Source: Chrysemys picta bellii (taxonomy: Eukaryota). Taken from it: 64,000 nucleotides of DNA. Shown here one piece after another: positions 1-11,326 of this stretch (positions within the stretch are counted from its first letter, which is position 1; each line of letters begins with the position of its first letter). The stretch is taken from assembly GCF_011386835.1 (NCBI RefSeq), contig NC_088799.1:2852001-2916000 (forward strand). Direction: 5' to 3'. The position numbers were made by a program, and so were the translations under genes. Below the pieces are notes generated by a model. The model saw only the letters and a list, made by a program, of their open reading frames with translations, did no database searches and was not told the DNA's origin.

Positions 1-214
1 GACAAATGAGTCCTTTGGAGCTACCATTTCTCATGTTCTGAGTCCTAGCCGTCGGCCTGGAGCTGGAAAGGTTTTGCAGTTTGCTTGGTGCATGACTCAG
101 ATTTTATTGGCACTGTAGCGCTGCAGTTAAATACTTAAAATAATTGTATAGTGCAATTGCTAAGTGACAATCCTGGAGACTGAGGTCCTTGATTTATTCA
201 CAGGAAAGGTACAA

Positions 215-340
215 CACAGGTGGAAGTGCTGTAAGCATCACCACTTCTCCCAAACCCAACCCTCATTGCTGTGCCTTTCTTTTGCCCCGGTGGGACCATC
301 TCTAAGGGGGGAAAGGAAAGTCTGGTTTCCATGCTGATCT
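215..340 (-). mobile_element. Possible LF-SINE 3' fragment (ancient tRNA-derived SINE)
   Basis: gctgtaagc...tgctgtgcc...ggtgggaccatctctaagggggg resembles the reverse complement of the LF-SINE-like piece at 46740-46876; highly diverged, boundaries approximate. Confidence 0.3.
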
Positions 341-1000
341 CAAGACTACAACAAGGTACCAGTTAGGATAGCAATTTATATGATGCAGACAATTATTCAC
401 TGGGGGCTGTATTGAAACAAGCACCTAATTCCCCACAGATATTGAACATACCCATCAGCGAGCAACTTTTGTCATTCTGAGCCTGGGCTGAGGAGGGAGA
501 AAGGATGTGCATTCCACCCCCCAGTCACCAGAGCCAGCCCGTGCTCCCAGAACGCACGGCTCTGAGATAGTCACAGAGTGTTCAACCCTGAGCCGGGCCT
601 GGGAACCCGGTACCGTAAGATAGGAGGGCATACAAGCTGTGCTGCATGAACTACTCTCCTCCCACAAAAGTGTTTTCCTCCATTAATACAATTAATGACA
701 CAGTAATATTGGTTAGTGTTTCCTAAACTAATTAACTATCCAGCAAAGACTACCTAGGGAGATTTAAGCATTAAAAACAGGCAGCCAATTAGAAAGCCCT
801 GGACACATTTTGCAATAACATTTCTAGGGCCATTGGCCAGCTGTTCAAATGTGCAAGTCTGCTGATGTATGTCAAAGCAGGATGAGAAGGAAATTATGTG
901 GAGCAAATAGTGTTTACTAGAGACCGATTATTATGGGTACCACAGAGGCCCTATTCACTACCAGAAAGAGAGATCAACCACCATTACAGAGAGAGAGAAT

Positions 1001-1202
1001 TAGAACTGGTCACAAGACGGTAAACATTTTCCATTAAAAACATTAAAATGAAAGTTTGGTTGTTTTTCCCCCAAAAATTCAATTTTGGCTGTTTTCATTG
1101 AAAAATGGGGACATTTCTAAAGATGTTTAAATGGTAGTTTAAAAGAAAGATAATTTTTCATCAAAAATGTTTTTTTTTAATAGAAAGTTTTGAACAAGTC
1201 TA
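1001..1202. mobile_element. AT-rich non-autonomous DNA-transposon-like repeat
   Basis: Imperfect terminal inverted repeats tagaactggtc / gaacaagtcta around A/T homopolymer-rich interior; similar tracts at ~30215-30430, ~39192-39590 and ~54960-55200. Confidence 0.45.
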
Positions 1203-1227
1203 GCTACACCCCTCTTGAACTCGGTCT

Positions 1228-1483
1228 AAATTCTAGTCTACACTAGAATTGCTACAGCGGTGCAGTTGGCAGATGCTCTATGCCGACAGGAGAGAGCTCT
1301 CCCATCAGCATAATTACTCCACCTCCCCGAGCGGCGGTACCTGTGTCAGTGGGAAAGCGTCTCCTGCCAACATCGCGCTGTCCACACTGGCACTTAGGTC
1401 AGTGTAACTTACGTCACTCGGGCTTTTCCACACCCCTGAGTGACTTAAGTTATACCGAAGTAAGCGCTAATGTGTACAAGCCC
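1228..1483. mobile_element. PIF/Harbinger-type MITE (gtctacact family)
   Basis: gtctacact near left end, tgtgtacaagccc followed by taa at right end; same terminal motif as 5427, 22643 and 48868 elements; left boundary uncertain. Confidence 0.6.
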
Positions 1484-2899
1484 TAATGCCATGTGGTCTT
1501 TGAGGGATTTCCTTGGACCAGTTCTAAAGGCATTGCCCTTAAGCTCTGCACTACAATACAGTTTTGTAATAATGATCTGATTATGCAACCCACTGGTCAG
1601 CGTATGACATCTCCCCCTATGTGCCTGAGCCACAGAGGACACAAGTCTGTGACAGGCAACAGCAACAAAGCTTGGTTCTTTAGCTCACGCGGTAGAGACT
1701 GCTGCTTTCAGCTTGGTTCAATCCCAGCGATAGCCAAGCCCCCAGCCTCATTCATGCAGAAGTTGGGTGGTGTGCAACGAATGACAAAGGGGCTTGTGAA
1801 CAACAAGGCAGGGGCCTCGTGGATCGGTGTCCTATTGTTGGTCAAATTTCACAATGTAAATCTGGTGTAAATCTCACCAGTACAAGTGAGAGGATGTAGA
1901 GGATGAGTCAGGTGTCTGAAGGTTACCATGCCCACTGGGAGGATACAGCCCCAAAGATGTCTTGTCTGCCATCTGGGGGCAATAATTAAGCCCCCACGCT
2001 GACTAGCAAATTACTTTTGCCTGACCCCCTATCAAATGTCATATGAATATGGGGTAAGTTGGTTGAGCATTCTCATAAGTAAATGTCTTTCTTCTCTCCA
2101 TGTGCAGTAAATGCGTGACAGCATCTCTCCAAGCTCATCTGTTGGCTGTGGCAATGGGATGGCCCGTTGCTTAGACAAACAGCTGCCTTTTTAACCAAGG
2201 ATTGAATAGGTCTTGAAGAACACAGGACTTTTCTAATCTTTACAGGTGGTCACTCCAGAACTGGACTCTGGTGAGGCAGAATGGGGAGATTGCACTCTGT
2301 CTTCCTAGACTCTACCTGGTTTTTGGGGAAGGAAGAAACTTTATTCTCCACAGTTCTCAGTCCAGCCCTGAATTCACTATTAAATAAGTATCCACATGTC
2401 TTTCACTAACAGGAATGGCAGGCAGAAAAACAAGTTAGCAATTCCTTGAGACAACCTCATCTACCTCCTGAGCTCTGGGCTGAGCAGTCATCAGTTTTGC
2501 TGAACATAGAGGGGAACAAAGCGAGTCCCAGAAGGACAGCACAGACACTTCTCACCATCTCTCCCTTTCCAGTAGCCCCTGTTGCATTCTGCTCTTGGAC
2601 TCGGCAGGAAGGGAATGGGAGTCTACGAGAACAGCCAAGTGCAGAGCTGGCTGCAGCCATGCATTTGCTGAGCAAGGAGAGAAGAAAGACTGGACCAGGT
2701 TGTGACAGCTGCCACAAGAGGCTGTTGAGTCCAAGACTTTAGTAAGGTTCAAGGAGGGACTGGACGTTGCTATGAATAACAAGGCCACCCAGAGTTATAA
2801 CCGTTAATGCCGACAAAGCGTTCTGGAAGAAATAAAAACGTCCTGCTTCAGGTTTAAAACCAACACTCACGGCAGGCAAATTATCCCATATCTCCCTAC

Positions 2900-3010
2900 T
2901 GCAGGGTTTTACACTTTCCTCTGAAACATCTGGTACTGACCACCCCGAGAGCCGGGATATTGGGATACATGTAGCACAGGTCTGACCCAGTCTGGCGATT
3001 TCCTGTGTTT
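2900..3010 (+). mobile_element. Degenerate CR1 3' tail
   Basis: ggtctgacccagtctggcgatttcctgtgtt matches the reverse complement of the CR1 tail at 21732 (ataagaacagccagactgggtcagacc). Confidence 0.5.
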
Positions 3011-3903
3011 CCTATGAGCAGCAGCCAGGCCCAGAGGTCTGATTCCCTGACAGCGGATGCAACAGCTCCTTTTGGCTCCGTGTCATTTGCACAAGGTTAC
3101 GCTCCTTTATACAAATGCAATCTGCTCTGAATGACATTCCAATTCAGCCGCCAGCTCTCACTCGGTGTGACTGGAAGATGCAAATCAAACAGCTTGTGTG
3201 ACTGATTGGCAGAGATGTGCGTGACTTTTCCCTCAGAAGGTTGAAATGGGGAAGGCTGCATTTCCCACCCCCCGGCATCTCCAGGGCATTTTCCATAAAT
3301 TTTGCTCTAAGTGAAACTGTCATTACAGCATCGGGTCAGAGAGGCTGTTAGAAACGGAAGGTCAAAGGTCAAATTTAGCATGCTTACATCACTGTGGCCT
3401 CACTGATGGTGGTTCTGAATTGGAGATTGGGAATCAGTTTAAACCAGGGTCTAGCTAAATCATTTGGGACCTTTTTAAACAAATGATTAGCCCAAAGCAT
3501 GGAAAGTTTTCGGGGAGATTTTGAGGAAGCTTAGAGTGTACATAAAGGAGAGACTGATGAGGGAAGTTGGAGTATTAACTCGAGGTGAGGCAGTTATACA
3601 TTCACACTCTCCCTGTCTCTTTCTCGGATGGGTTATTACAACGATCAATAAATAAAACTAAAGAGACGCGACAGGCTTCCAGGAAGCGTTTCACTTTCAG
3701 GTCCAGAGCAGTAGCCTCAAGTTTCTCCAGCTGATTTTTAATTAAAAAGTGAAAGCCCTTTGCCGTTTTCATCTCTGAAGAGCGGGGAAGAGTTTCAAAC
3801 ACACAAATGGCCATTCGGCACCCAAAGCCCTTGGAAAGTTAATAGGAGTCGGATCCTAAACCCCTCTGATCTGGGCCTTCCTTTGGAAATCTCCCTTATG
3901 CAC

Positions 3904-4237
3904 TGTCATGAACATATAGCTAAGGGTAGCATAAAATCCCTCCTTTACCTGCAAAGGGTTAAGAAGCTCAGATAACCTGGTTGGCACCTGACCAAGAGGA
4001 CCAATAAGGGGAGAAAATACTTTCAAATCTGTAGGGGAAGGTTTTTGTTTTGTGTTCCTTTGTTCTCGCCGGGTCAGCGAGGAATCAGGGAAGGGATATT
4101 TTGGGGAAACAGGAACTCCAAGTGGTCCTTTTCCTGAATCTTTGTCTAACTCACTTGGTGGTGGCAGCGATACCATCCAAGGGCTAGGAAGAATTTGTGC
4201 CTTGGGGAAGTTTTTAACCTAAGCTGGTAGAAATAAG
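3904..4237 (+). mobile_element. Gypsy-type solo LTR, internally deleted and truncated
   Basis: Starts TGTCATGAACATATAGCTAAGGGTAGCATAAAATCCC, a recognisable turtle LTR start; ends abruptly at ctggtagaaataagct where a different repeat begins. Confidence 0.65.
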
Positions 4238-4844
4238 CTCCCTGAAGCCACCAGCCTCTGGCAGCACAAGCCTGGCCAGGCCTCCACGGGCCCTTATTCT
4301 CCATACAGGTAGCGTTACCAACCCCCGAGTCCTCGGAGTGGTCCTGCAGTGTCCAGTCGGCTCTCGACTGAACACTCACAGAATGACCAGACCAGCTGTT
4401 CCCAAAGGCACAGGACTCACCAGCTCGTCACAGTCACTTAGGACCAGCACTTTGCTTAGCACTGCAGCTCTTACATATACTGACAGTGAAATCGAGAGTA
4501 CGTGTATTATCAAAGGCTGGAGATGCAAGTGATGGTGAGTAAGAATATTGGAAAGAAATGGCTACATGCAAAACAAAATCAGAACAGGCTTTTTAGAGAC
4601 TAAACTTAACTAACAAATTACGCTCGACTTGGCTAAAGAAGCTTATCTCACCCACAGTTCTCGCCAGCATTTTCAACCAAGCCTGGTTGAGATCCCACTT
4701 TCATAAAGCAAATTCACTGTCTGTTTACTTCTTACGTAAGGGATGCCAGGGTATTTTCTCTCCCCCCCTTCAACTACAGTAGAGCAAAACTTCAAAGTGC
4801 ACCTGAAGATAAGGTTCTTCCCCTCCCCCCCCCCCACACACACA

Positions 4845-6051
4845 TGTGATGCTTTTTCAGGGTGCCCAAAACCGTAAGCTAGGGTTACCTCTCTGCCTCC
4901 GCAAGGGTGAGCTTTGCTGGGACTTAGCCTGCGTGTCAGCATCCTGCCACACCTGTCTGTCTGCCGCCCCAGCAAACTTCTCCAGCCTCTGCCAGTCGAA
5001 AGCTTGCAGGGAACATTCAGTGAACTCAGAGATATCTCCCTGCAATCTCCAATCCCTCTCCCTGGCCACTCACAGAAGTTATTACATCCGCTGTCTCCAG
5101 AGAGGCTGAGTGCTCACACTTTAATTCAGGATAACAGCGCTGAGAGGTTTTACAGTAAACTCAAACCAAGTGTATTAACAGAGAACGGAGGTTTAAGTGA
5201 TACCGAGATGAGACAGCAGAAACAGAAAAGGGTTACAAACAAAACAAAATAAAACACGCTCTCCAGTGTCTACGACTTAAAGTTATTAAGTTACAATCTT
5301 CACCTAAACAGCTTCCTCACTTACATCAAGCTCCCGGCATCTCCAGCCCTTCTGGCAAGAGGATCAAACATTCTCAGACTCAGAGGGTGCTGTCCCCTTT
5401 CTCTCCGAAGTGAGGGATGGAGCTCAGGTCATGTCTACTCTGCAACTAGACACCCAAGGCTGGGCCGTGCCAGCCGACTCGGGCTTGCGGGGCTCGGGCT
5501 GCGGGGCGTTTCATTGCTGGGTAGACTTCTGGGCTCAGACTAGAGCCTGGGCTCTAGGACCCTGTGAGCTGCGAGGCTCCCAGAGCTCCGGCTCTTGCCT
5601 GAGCCTGGAAGTTTACACAGCAATGAAACAGCCCCGCAGTCCGAGCCCAACCCAGCTGGCACGGGCCAGCCGCAGGACTTTCTTTGCTGGGTAGACAGAT
5701 CCTAAGGGGTTCTCTCCCATTCTCTGCCCTCTGCTGAAATGCACCCCTAGGTAAGGTTCTCCTCCCCTGCTGTTTTGCTGTTGATTCGTATGTAAATGTA
5801 ACTTCCATTGTCTCTGGCATCACCTTGTTCAATTTACATTGGAGATGGACAAAACAACTTTCCTTTGTCTAGGCACAACTTGTTTATCAAATCTGCCCCC
5901 AAAGCGTATTTTAAGAACATATTTCCAGGACACCTACATAACTCTTTACACACCAGCTGTACATACCTCACACAATGACATTAATGATCAGCGTGTTATC
6001 AGTTTTTACGTGATCCCTTACAAGTCATGGTTTGGCTAAATATTCATGACA
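4845..6051 (-). mobile_element. LTR (TG...CA ends) nested in the older LTR and interrupted by a MITE
   Basis: Begins tgtgatg at 4845, ends tcatgaca at 6051; internal similarity to 4238-4830; no clean 4-5 bp TSD seen. Confidence 0.5.
5427..5702. mobile_element. Palindromic Harbinger-type MITE
   Basis: TIRs ggtcatgtctac / gtagacagatcc, flanks tca / taa; long internal inverted arms (ccgtgccagc..ctcgggct..gcgggg..tttcattgctg vs cagcaatgaaa..ccccgc..ccgag..gctggcacgg). Confidence 0.75.
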
Positions 6052-6475
6052 ACAGTATATTGGGTGTGCCCTTTGCCAGTTGGCATGCAGGGGCTCTGAG
6101 GGTCACCCCCCCTTCCACCCACACACACACAGTTTTTCTCTTCCTATTAGTTTCCTTCTGAAGGTCTCACAATCCTTCATTTGCATTCAGTTCAGACTTG
6201 ATAGGAGACCCGTTGTAAACAAGACACTGCTCAGTTTACGTGTAAACGGATGGATAAACTTCTCTTGCCTGACAGGAAACCCTTTGTCACCTTTGCTGGT
6301 GACCAATCCCTACACACAGACTGTAAGAATACATTTTCAGTGTATATAGACAACTCCTTACACAACTGCTGTATGTGCGTTTCAGTGATAGTGGTGACCG
6401 ATGTGATGCGTCATTTATTTGCAACCTCATACCAGACTCGGGTGATTCCTGGGAAGTGGTTCCTGGGTCTCTCTT

Positions 6476-6477
<2 letters not shown>

Positions 6478-6518
<41 letters not shown>
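6478..6518. repeat. (CA)n microsatellite, about 20 units
   Basis: Seen directly; shorter (CA)n at ~6745-6762. Confidence 0.95.
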
Positions 6519-6521
<3 letters not shown>

Positions 6522-7139
6522 CTCTGTACACGAGTGATTCTAATATCACACTGTAGCTGATTCTGCTTGATCCTGGTGTAAATCAGGAACAATTCCACTA
6601 ATGTCAATAGTCAAATCCATGTGTGATCAGTGTAAGATCAGAATCTGGCCCACTGACTTCAGACTGCAAATGTATGCCACTGTACTGTATATGAGGTCAG
6701 AATCAGGCCCACAATAGCTATGTTAAGAGCATAGATGAAATACAACACACACACACACACACTGCATTGTGTATACTCAGCAATGAAAAGCCTGCAGTTG
6801 TCTAGTGTATCATTCCCTAGGAGAGCAAACTCCCTGTCACCCCCACTGGCTGTAGGCCTGCAGCTACCTCCTGGCTCCTGAGTTCTGCCCCGTGTCCCTG
6901 GGAACCCCTCCAGTTGCATGAGCATGCAGGTGATAATAGATTGGCAGACACACGGCAGGGGCTTTCCCTCCTCTGGGAGTGGGTGACTAAACTCTAGAAA
7001 GACTCAGAGCCCTGTTTTTTCAGTTAGTTTCTTGGAGCTCGATGGGGAACCCCTTACTCACACGAGTAATCCTGAAGTCAGCGAGGCTATGCATGAGAGT
7101 GGGTTGGAGGAGTGGACAGGTTGCTGATACAGAGCAATC

Positions 7140-7905
7140 CAGATCACTTGGTACGCTGGGCGAAAGCGAACAGTATGCATTTAACTCAGCCAGATGCAGA
7201 CATCGATCTAGGAACAAAGAATGCAGGCCGTTCTTGCAGGATGGGGGACTCTATCCTGGGAGGCAGTGACTCTGAAAACGATTGGGGAGGGGGAGAAATC
7301 GGCTGAACGTGAGCTCCAGTGCAACGCTATGGTCAAAAGGGCTAATGCAATCCTTGGATGTATAAAAGTGGGAATCTGGAGTAGGAGTGGAGAGGTTATA
7401 TTATGTCTGTATTTGGCACCGGTACAATTGCTGCTGGAATCCTGTGTCCAGTTCTGGTGCCCATGTTCAAAAAGGATGTTGTTAAATTGGAGAGGGTTCG
7501 GAGAAGAGCAATTAGGATGATTAAAGGACTGGAAAACCTGTCCAGGAGCTCAATCTGTTTAGATTAACAAAGAGAAGGTTAAGGGGTGAGTTGATCCCAG
7601 TCTGTAAGTATCTACGTGGGGATGAACACTCGGATAAAGGGCTCTGCACGCTAGCAGACCCAGGTATAACAAGATCCAACGGCTGGAAGCTGAAGCTAGA
7701 CAAATTCAGACTGGAAATAAGGTGCACTTTTTTAACGAGCAGGGCAATGAATCATTGGAGCCGCTTGCCAAGAGCTGTGATGGATTCTCCAATACTGGCA
7801 ATGTTTAAATCAAGAGTCAATGTTTTTTCTAGAGGATCGGCTCTAATTCAAATGAGAATAAATTCAGGGCTATGTCCTGTCTTATGCTGGAGGGCAGACT
7901 CGATG
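7140..7905 (+). mobile_element. CR1 LINE 3' fragment (RT C-terminus plus 3'UTR), degenerate
   Basis: Track ORFs 7221-7520 (AMVKRANAILGCIK...[19 protein letters not shown]) and 7591-8055 (RSNGWKLKLDKFRLEIR) are CR1 ORF2 C-terminal motifs split by frameshifts. Confidence 0.9.
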
Positions 7906-8030
7906 CTTGCAGTGATCCTCTGGGCCTCAGTTCCCCATCTGCACAATGGGGATAACAGCATTGCCCTGCACCACAGGGGTGCTGTGAGGATCAATACACT
8001 GGGGAGTGTGAGATACTTCGGCAACGGGGG
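7906..8030 (+). mobile_element. MIR/CORE-SINE fragment
   Basis: ctctgggcctcagttccccatctgcacaatggggataa core motif. Confidence 0.75.
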
Positions 8031-8854
8031 CCATATATACACCTTAGATACATAAATCTATCCAGTTTGGACGCGAGCTTATGTCAGTGCACGGAGATTC
8101 CAGCCCATCCCCCCCAAACTCCCTAACTGTCCCCATCTCTCTCCAGTCCACCTTCAACCTCCGCGCAGTGGATCCCTTCTGTGCACCACTCCCCCACTGC
8201 CTTGAGACTCCCCCCACCCCATCCTCAAAAGCCAAAGCAGTGGCAGAGTGCCGGTTTGGCCTGGCTCCCGCTGCAGCTTCTTTAAGATTCTCCAGCGTCC
8301 TGGGGCGTCCCCATTAATCTTGTGCCAGAGAGCGTCACGCAGCTCTGACGGGAAAGCCCCAGTTTGTACCAGATATGAAAGGCACATCCAACTGACCTAA
8401 AATCTTTACTGAATGTCAAATTCTTCCCGCTCCTTCCAGCCCAGATCATTATTTGGAACGCATCACTTGCTCCCTGCCAGAATTAACCTATGTTAATCTT
8501 TCGATCATCTCCCACGCTGTCCTACCTTACATCCCCTTTCCAGCATTTTCTTTAATCAATATTCCCGCCAGACACACTGAGTGCATTTTTTATAAATAAA
8601 CCTGTACCTGGTACCTAGAAGATCTGACATTCAGACAAACCAAATAACCTTCTTTGGCTAAACAATGGAAGAGGTTTGCCTCCCTCAGCAAATACTAAAA
8701 GTATCAGCCATCACCAACACAAGACACTTGTATTGTACTTTGATTTATATTTAATGTGCATTCACTGCTTGTCAGAAGTGCTGCATAGACAGCCCTGGAA
8801 ACGGAGAGCTTCTCCACAGAGCAGATGTACCACAAGCAACGGCAATGCAAGATT

Positions 8855-9470
8855 TCCTGGATTTTAGGACCAGACGGGACCTCCACAGAAGTTTGACCTT
8901 CTGCATCACACCGGCCAGAGAACCTCACTCAGTGATTTCTATATCAAGACCATATCTTGTGGTTGAGCTACGGCATATTTTTTAGAATCACTCGATCTTG
9001 ATTTAGAGACTCCAAATGATGAAGGATCCGTCACTGGATTTTGTTTTGCTGCCTTCTGCTAAATTAAAGAGGCCTCTACTACCATCAAATCAACACTGGA
9101 TGTTTTTCTAAAAGATACAGTGTAGGCATTATTTTGGGTCAGGTCTCTGGCCTGTGTGAAACAGGAGGTCAGACTAGATGATCACAATGGTTCCTTCTGT
9201 CTTTGGAATCTATGAGTGTGAGCACCAGAAATCTTCTCCCCTATAGGTATTTGTAGATCATGATAAAATCACCTCGTAACCTTCCCTCTCATAAATTAAA
9301 TAGATTGAGTGTCTGAGGTCTCTAACTATAAGGCAAATTTCCAGCCCTCAAATCATTCTCCTAGCTCATTTTGGAACCCTTTCCAGTTCTTCAACATCCT
9401 TTTTAAAGTATGGACACGAGAACTGGACATACAATTCCAGTAACAGTCTCACTAATGCTAAAGACAGAGG
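8855..9470 (-). mobile_element. Fragmented CR1 3' end with a plus-strand CR1 tail (~9100-9215) inside
   Basis: gaactggacatacaattccag and aaattaaatagattgag on minus; gaggtcagactagatgatcacaatgg...ggaatctatga on plus. Confidence 0.65.
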
Positions 9471-11009
9471 TTTCCCACAATGCCCCACTCATGTGCCTCA
9501 GTCCTGACCTACAAACGCCATCTCCAGGGGGTCTTCATGCATTCCTCGATGGAGATGGAGACCAGACCATGACTGGATCTGATCCAAACTTCAGGACTTG
9601 CCCCTTTCTCTATCATGTGCTGAACCCAACCCAGGACCTGAACACCCTGGGACTTTTAATCTTGATCAGAGCTTTGCAGCCTGGATCCGTGTCTATTGCC
9701 TGGCCTTTCTGCTGAGACTTCCAACCAGGGGAACCAATTAGTGCCAGCAATGTACGTACAGGTGCAATGGATTGATGCTCCGAGGGAACGGTACTGAAAC
9801 CATCATTCCCTACCAGGAACCGCACATCACTGATCAGGCAGCTGAAGGTCATAACTTTCACTTACAAAATGACATGGGCCAGACTGTGCCTCTTTTCCTT
9901 TCTTCCCTTTTTAAAAAAAATTCCTTCCTCTCTGCAGGGTTTTTGCCACCACAATCACAGGGACATCGCCCTGGGCTGGCAGTCTGTGACCAGGGATCCA
10001 TCTAGTTCATTATCCTGGTTCTGACAGTGGCCAGTAATAGGAGGCAGTCCCAGCTACTTCAGAGGAGGCTGGTGCTCATAGAAATTTCCTTCCTATCCCC
10101 CATTAGTCAGAGATTGGTTCCTGCCCTGAAGCAGGGGAGTTTATATCCTTCCAAAACTTTTGGCCTGCAGGTTTTTCTGTTTTCCATAGAAGTATCCGAG
10201 TGCCAGAGAGTATCCAGAGAGATAGTAACTGAACCAGGCAAAGAAGAGAAATGTTCTCTAGTGCGTTCTCAACTCCCTGAGCCATCCAGCGCCACCAGAG
10301 GCCTTCCATTTGATTCCAGTTTCACCAGAACAATGGGCGGCACTCTTCCAAGCAATGCCTAGGGAACAGAAATGGAAGAACAAAGAGCCAGGCAAGACTT
10401 GCCTTGCCTTCTGTCTCTATATTACTAACTGGGGCGAGAGACTGGCTGGCTTTTCACTGCCCCCACCCTGACGTCCTGAGAATCATCTGGGGGCTTATAA
10501 AAGTAGAAGATCTTCCTTCATGACTGGGCACCATGAGGACTGTATAGCTAATTCCAATTCATTACTGTTAGAGAAAGAGAGCTGTTGCCGTCTAAACTAA
10601 TAAGGAGATTTTTCACCATGTCATTTATATAGTGGAAGGAATTGTAAAATCGCTCCGTGACAGATAGCAGTACTGCTGGAGTTTCCTTCGTTTGTCATTG
10701 CAAACAAAAGAATCTCAGCAACCATAAAATTAACTTCCTCCACACTGCAAGTGCTCAGCAGTGAGATGAACCAAATTTTCTGCTAATTGAATGCACCGAG
10801 TTAGTTATATATTCATACTGAGCCGGCGCTTTCAGCATCACTGCGTTCTAGCTCTGCAGGGAGCCTTCAGAATAGCAAAAAGTTACACCTTGCAACAAAA
10901 TTTACTTTTGCTAGGCTCAGTGGGTGGGTTGGCATTGCAACCAAGGTAGCTAGACACCAGCCAGAAACAGAGGTGTGGTGTGAAGACGATAGTGCTCAGT
11001 CTGAAAATG

Positions 11010-11326
11010 CAGTGTTGCCACTCTTGAATTTTATCACAAGTCTCGTGATTTTTAGTGTTTTTCTTAAAGCCCCAGCTGCTGAAATCACGATCCTGTATGA
11101 GAATCTCAGCTTTCATTTTTAAAAAAAAATAAGTTTCTTGCCCTCATGGTTTGCAAAGAAAAGCTTGAATCCATGAAGTAAGTGGATTCTAATGTTTCAA
11201 AACCAGAAAGCAAAGCAAAAGAACCCAACTTTTTTTTTTGTTCGTAAATTCATGCGTTTTCGGCCACTATGATGATTTTTGGTGCTCAGACGCAGGATTT
11301 TGGTAGGCTTGGTTTTGGCAATACTG
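11010..11326. mobile_element. Non-autonomous DNA transposon
   Basis: TIRs cagtgttgcca / tggcaatactg; AT-rich interior; no TSD recognisable. Confidence 0.6.

Larger units (their letters stand above)
4238..6430 (-). mobile_element. Older LTR (halves ~4238-4830 and ~6070-6430) split by a nested LTR
   Basis: Both halves parallel the layout of the inner LTR (polyA-signal-like tract, aaacaaaatc/aaaataaaac block, tail with taagaatacattt / cataactc); boundaries approximate. Confidence 0.45.

Noticed and set aside
525-614. Plus-strand 90-nt phase 0-0 exon candidate (SPEPARAPRTHGSEIVTECSTLSRAWEPGT)
   Set aside because: Short pyrimidine tract, no recognisable protein, no consistent partner exons
10027-10362. 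ORF with acceptor ttttctgttttccatag as a possible terminal exon
   Set aside because: 5' part is a CR1 tail remnant; peptide unrecognisable; no supporting gene structure
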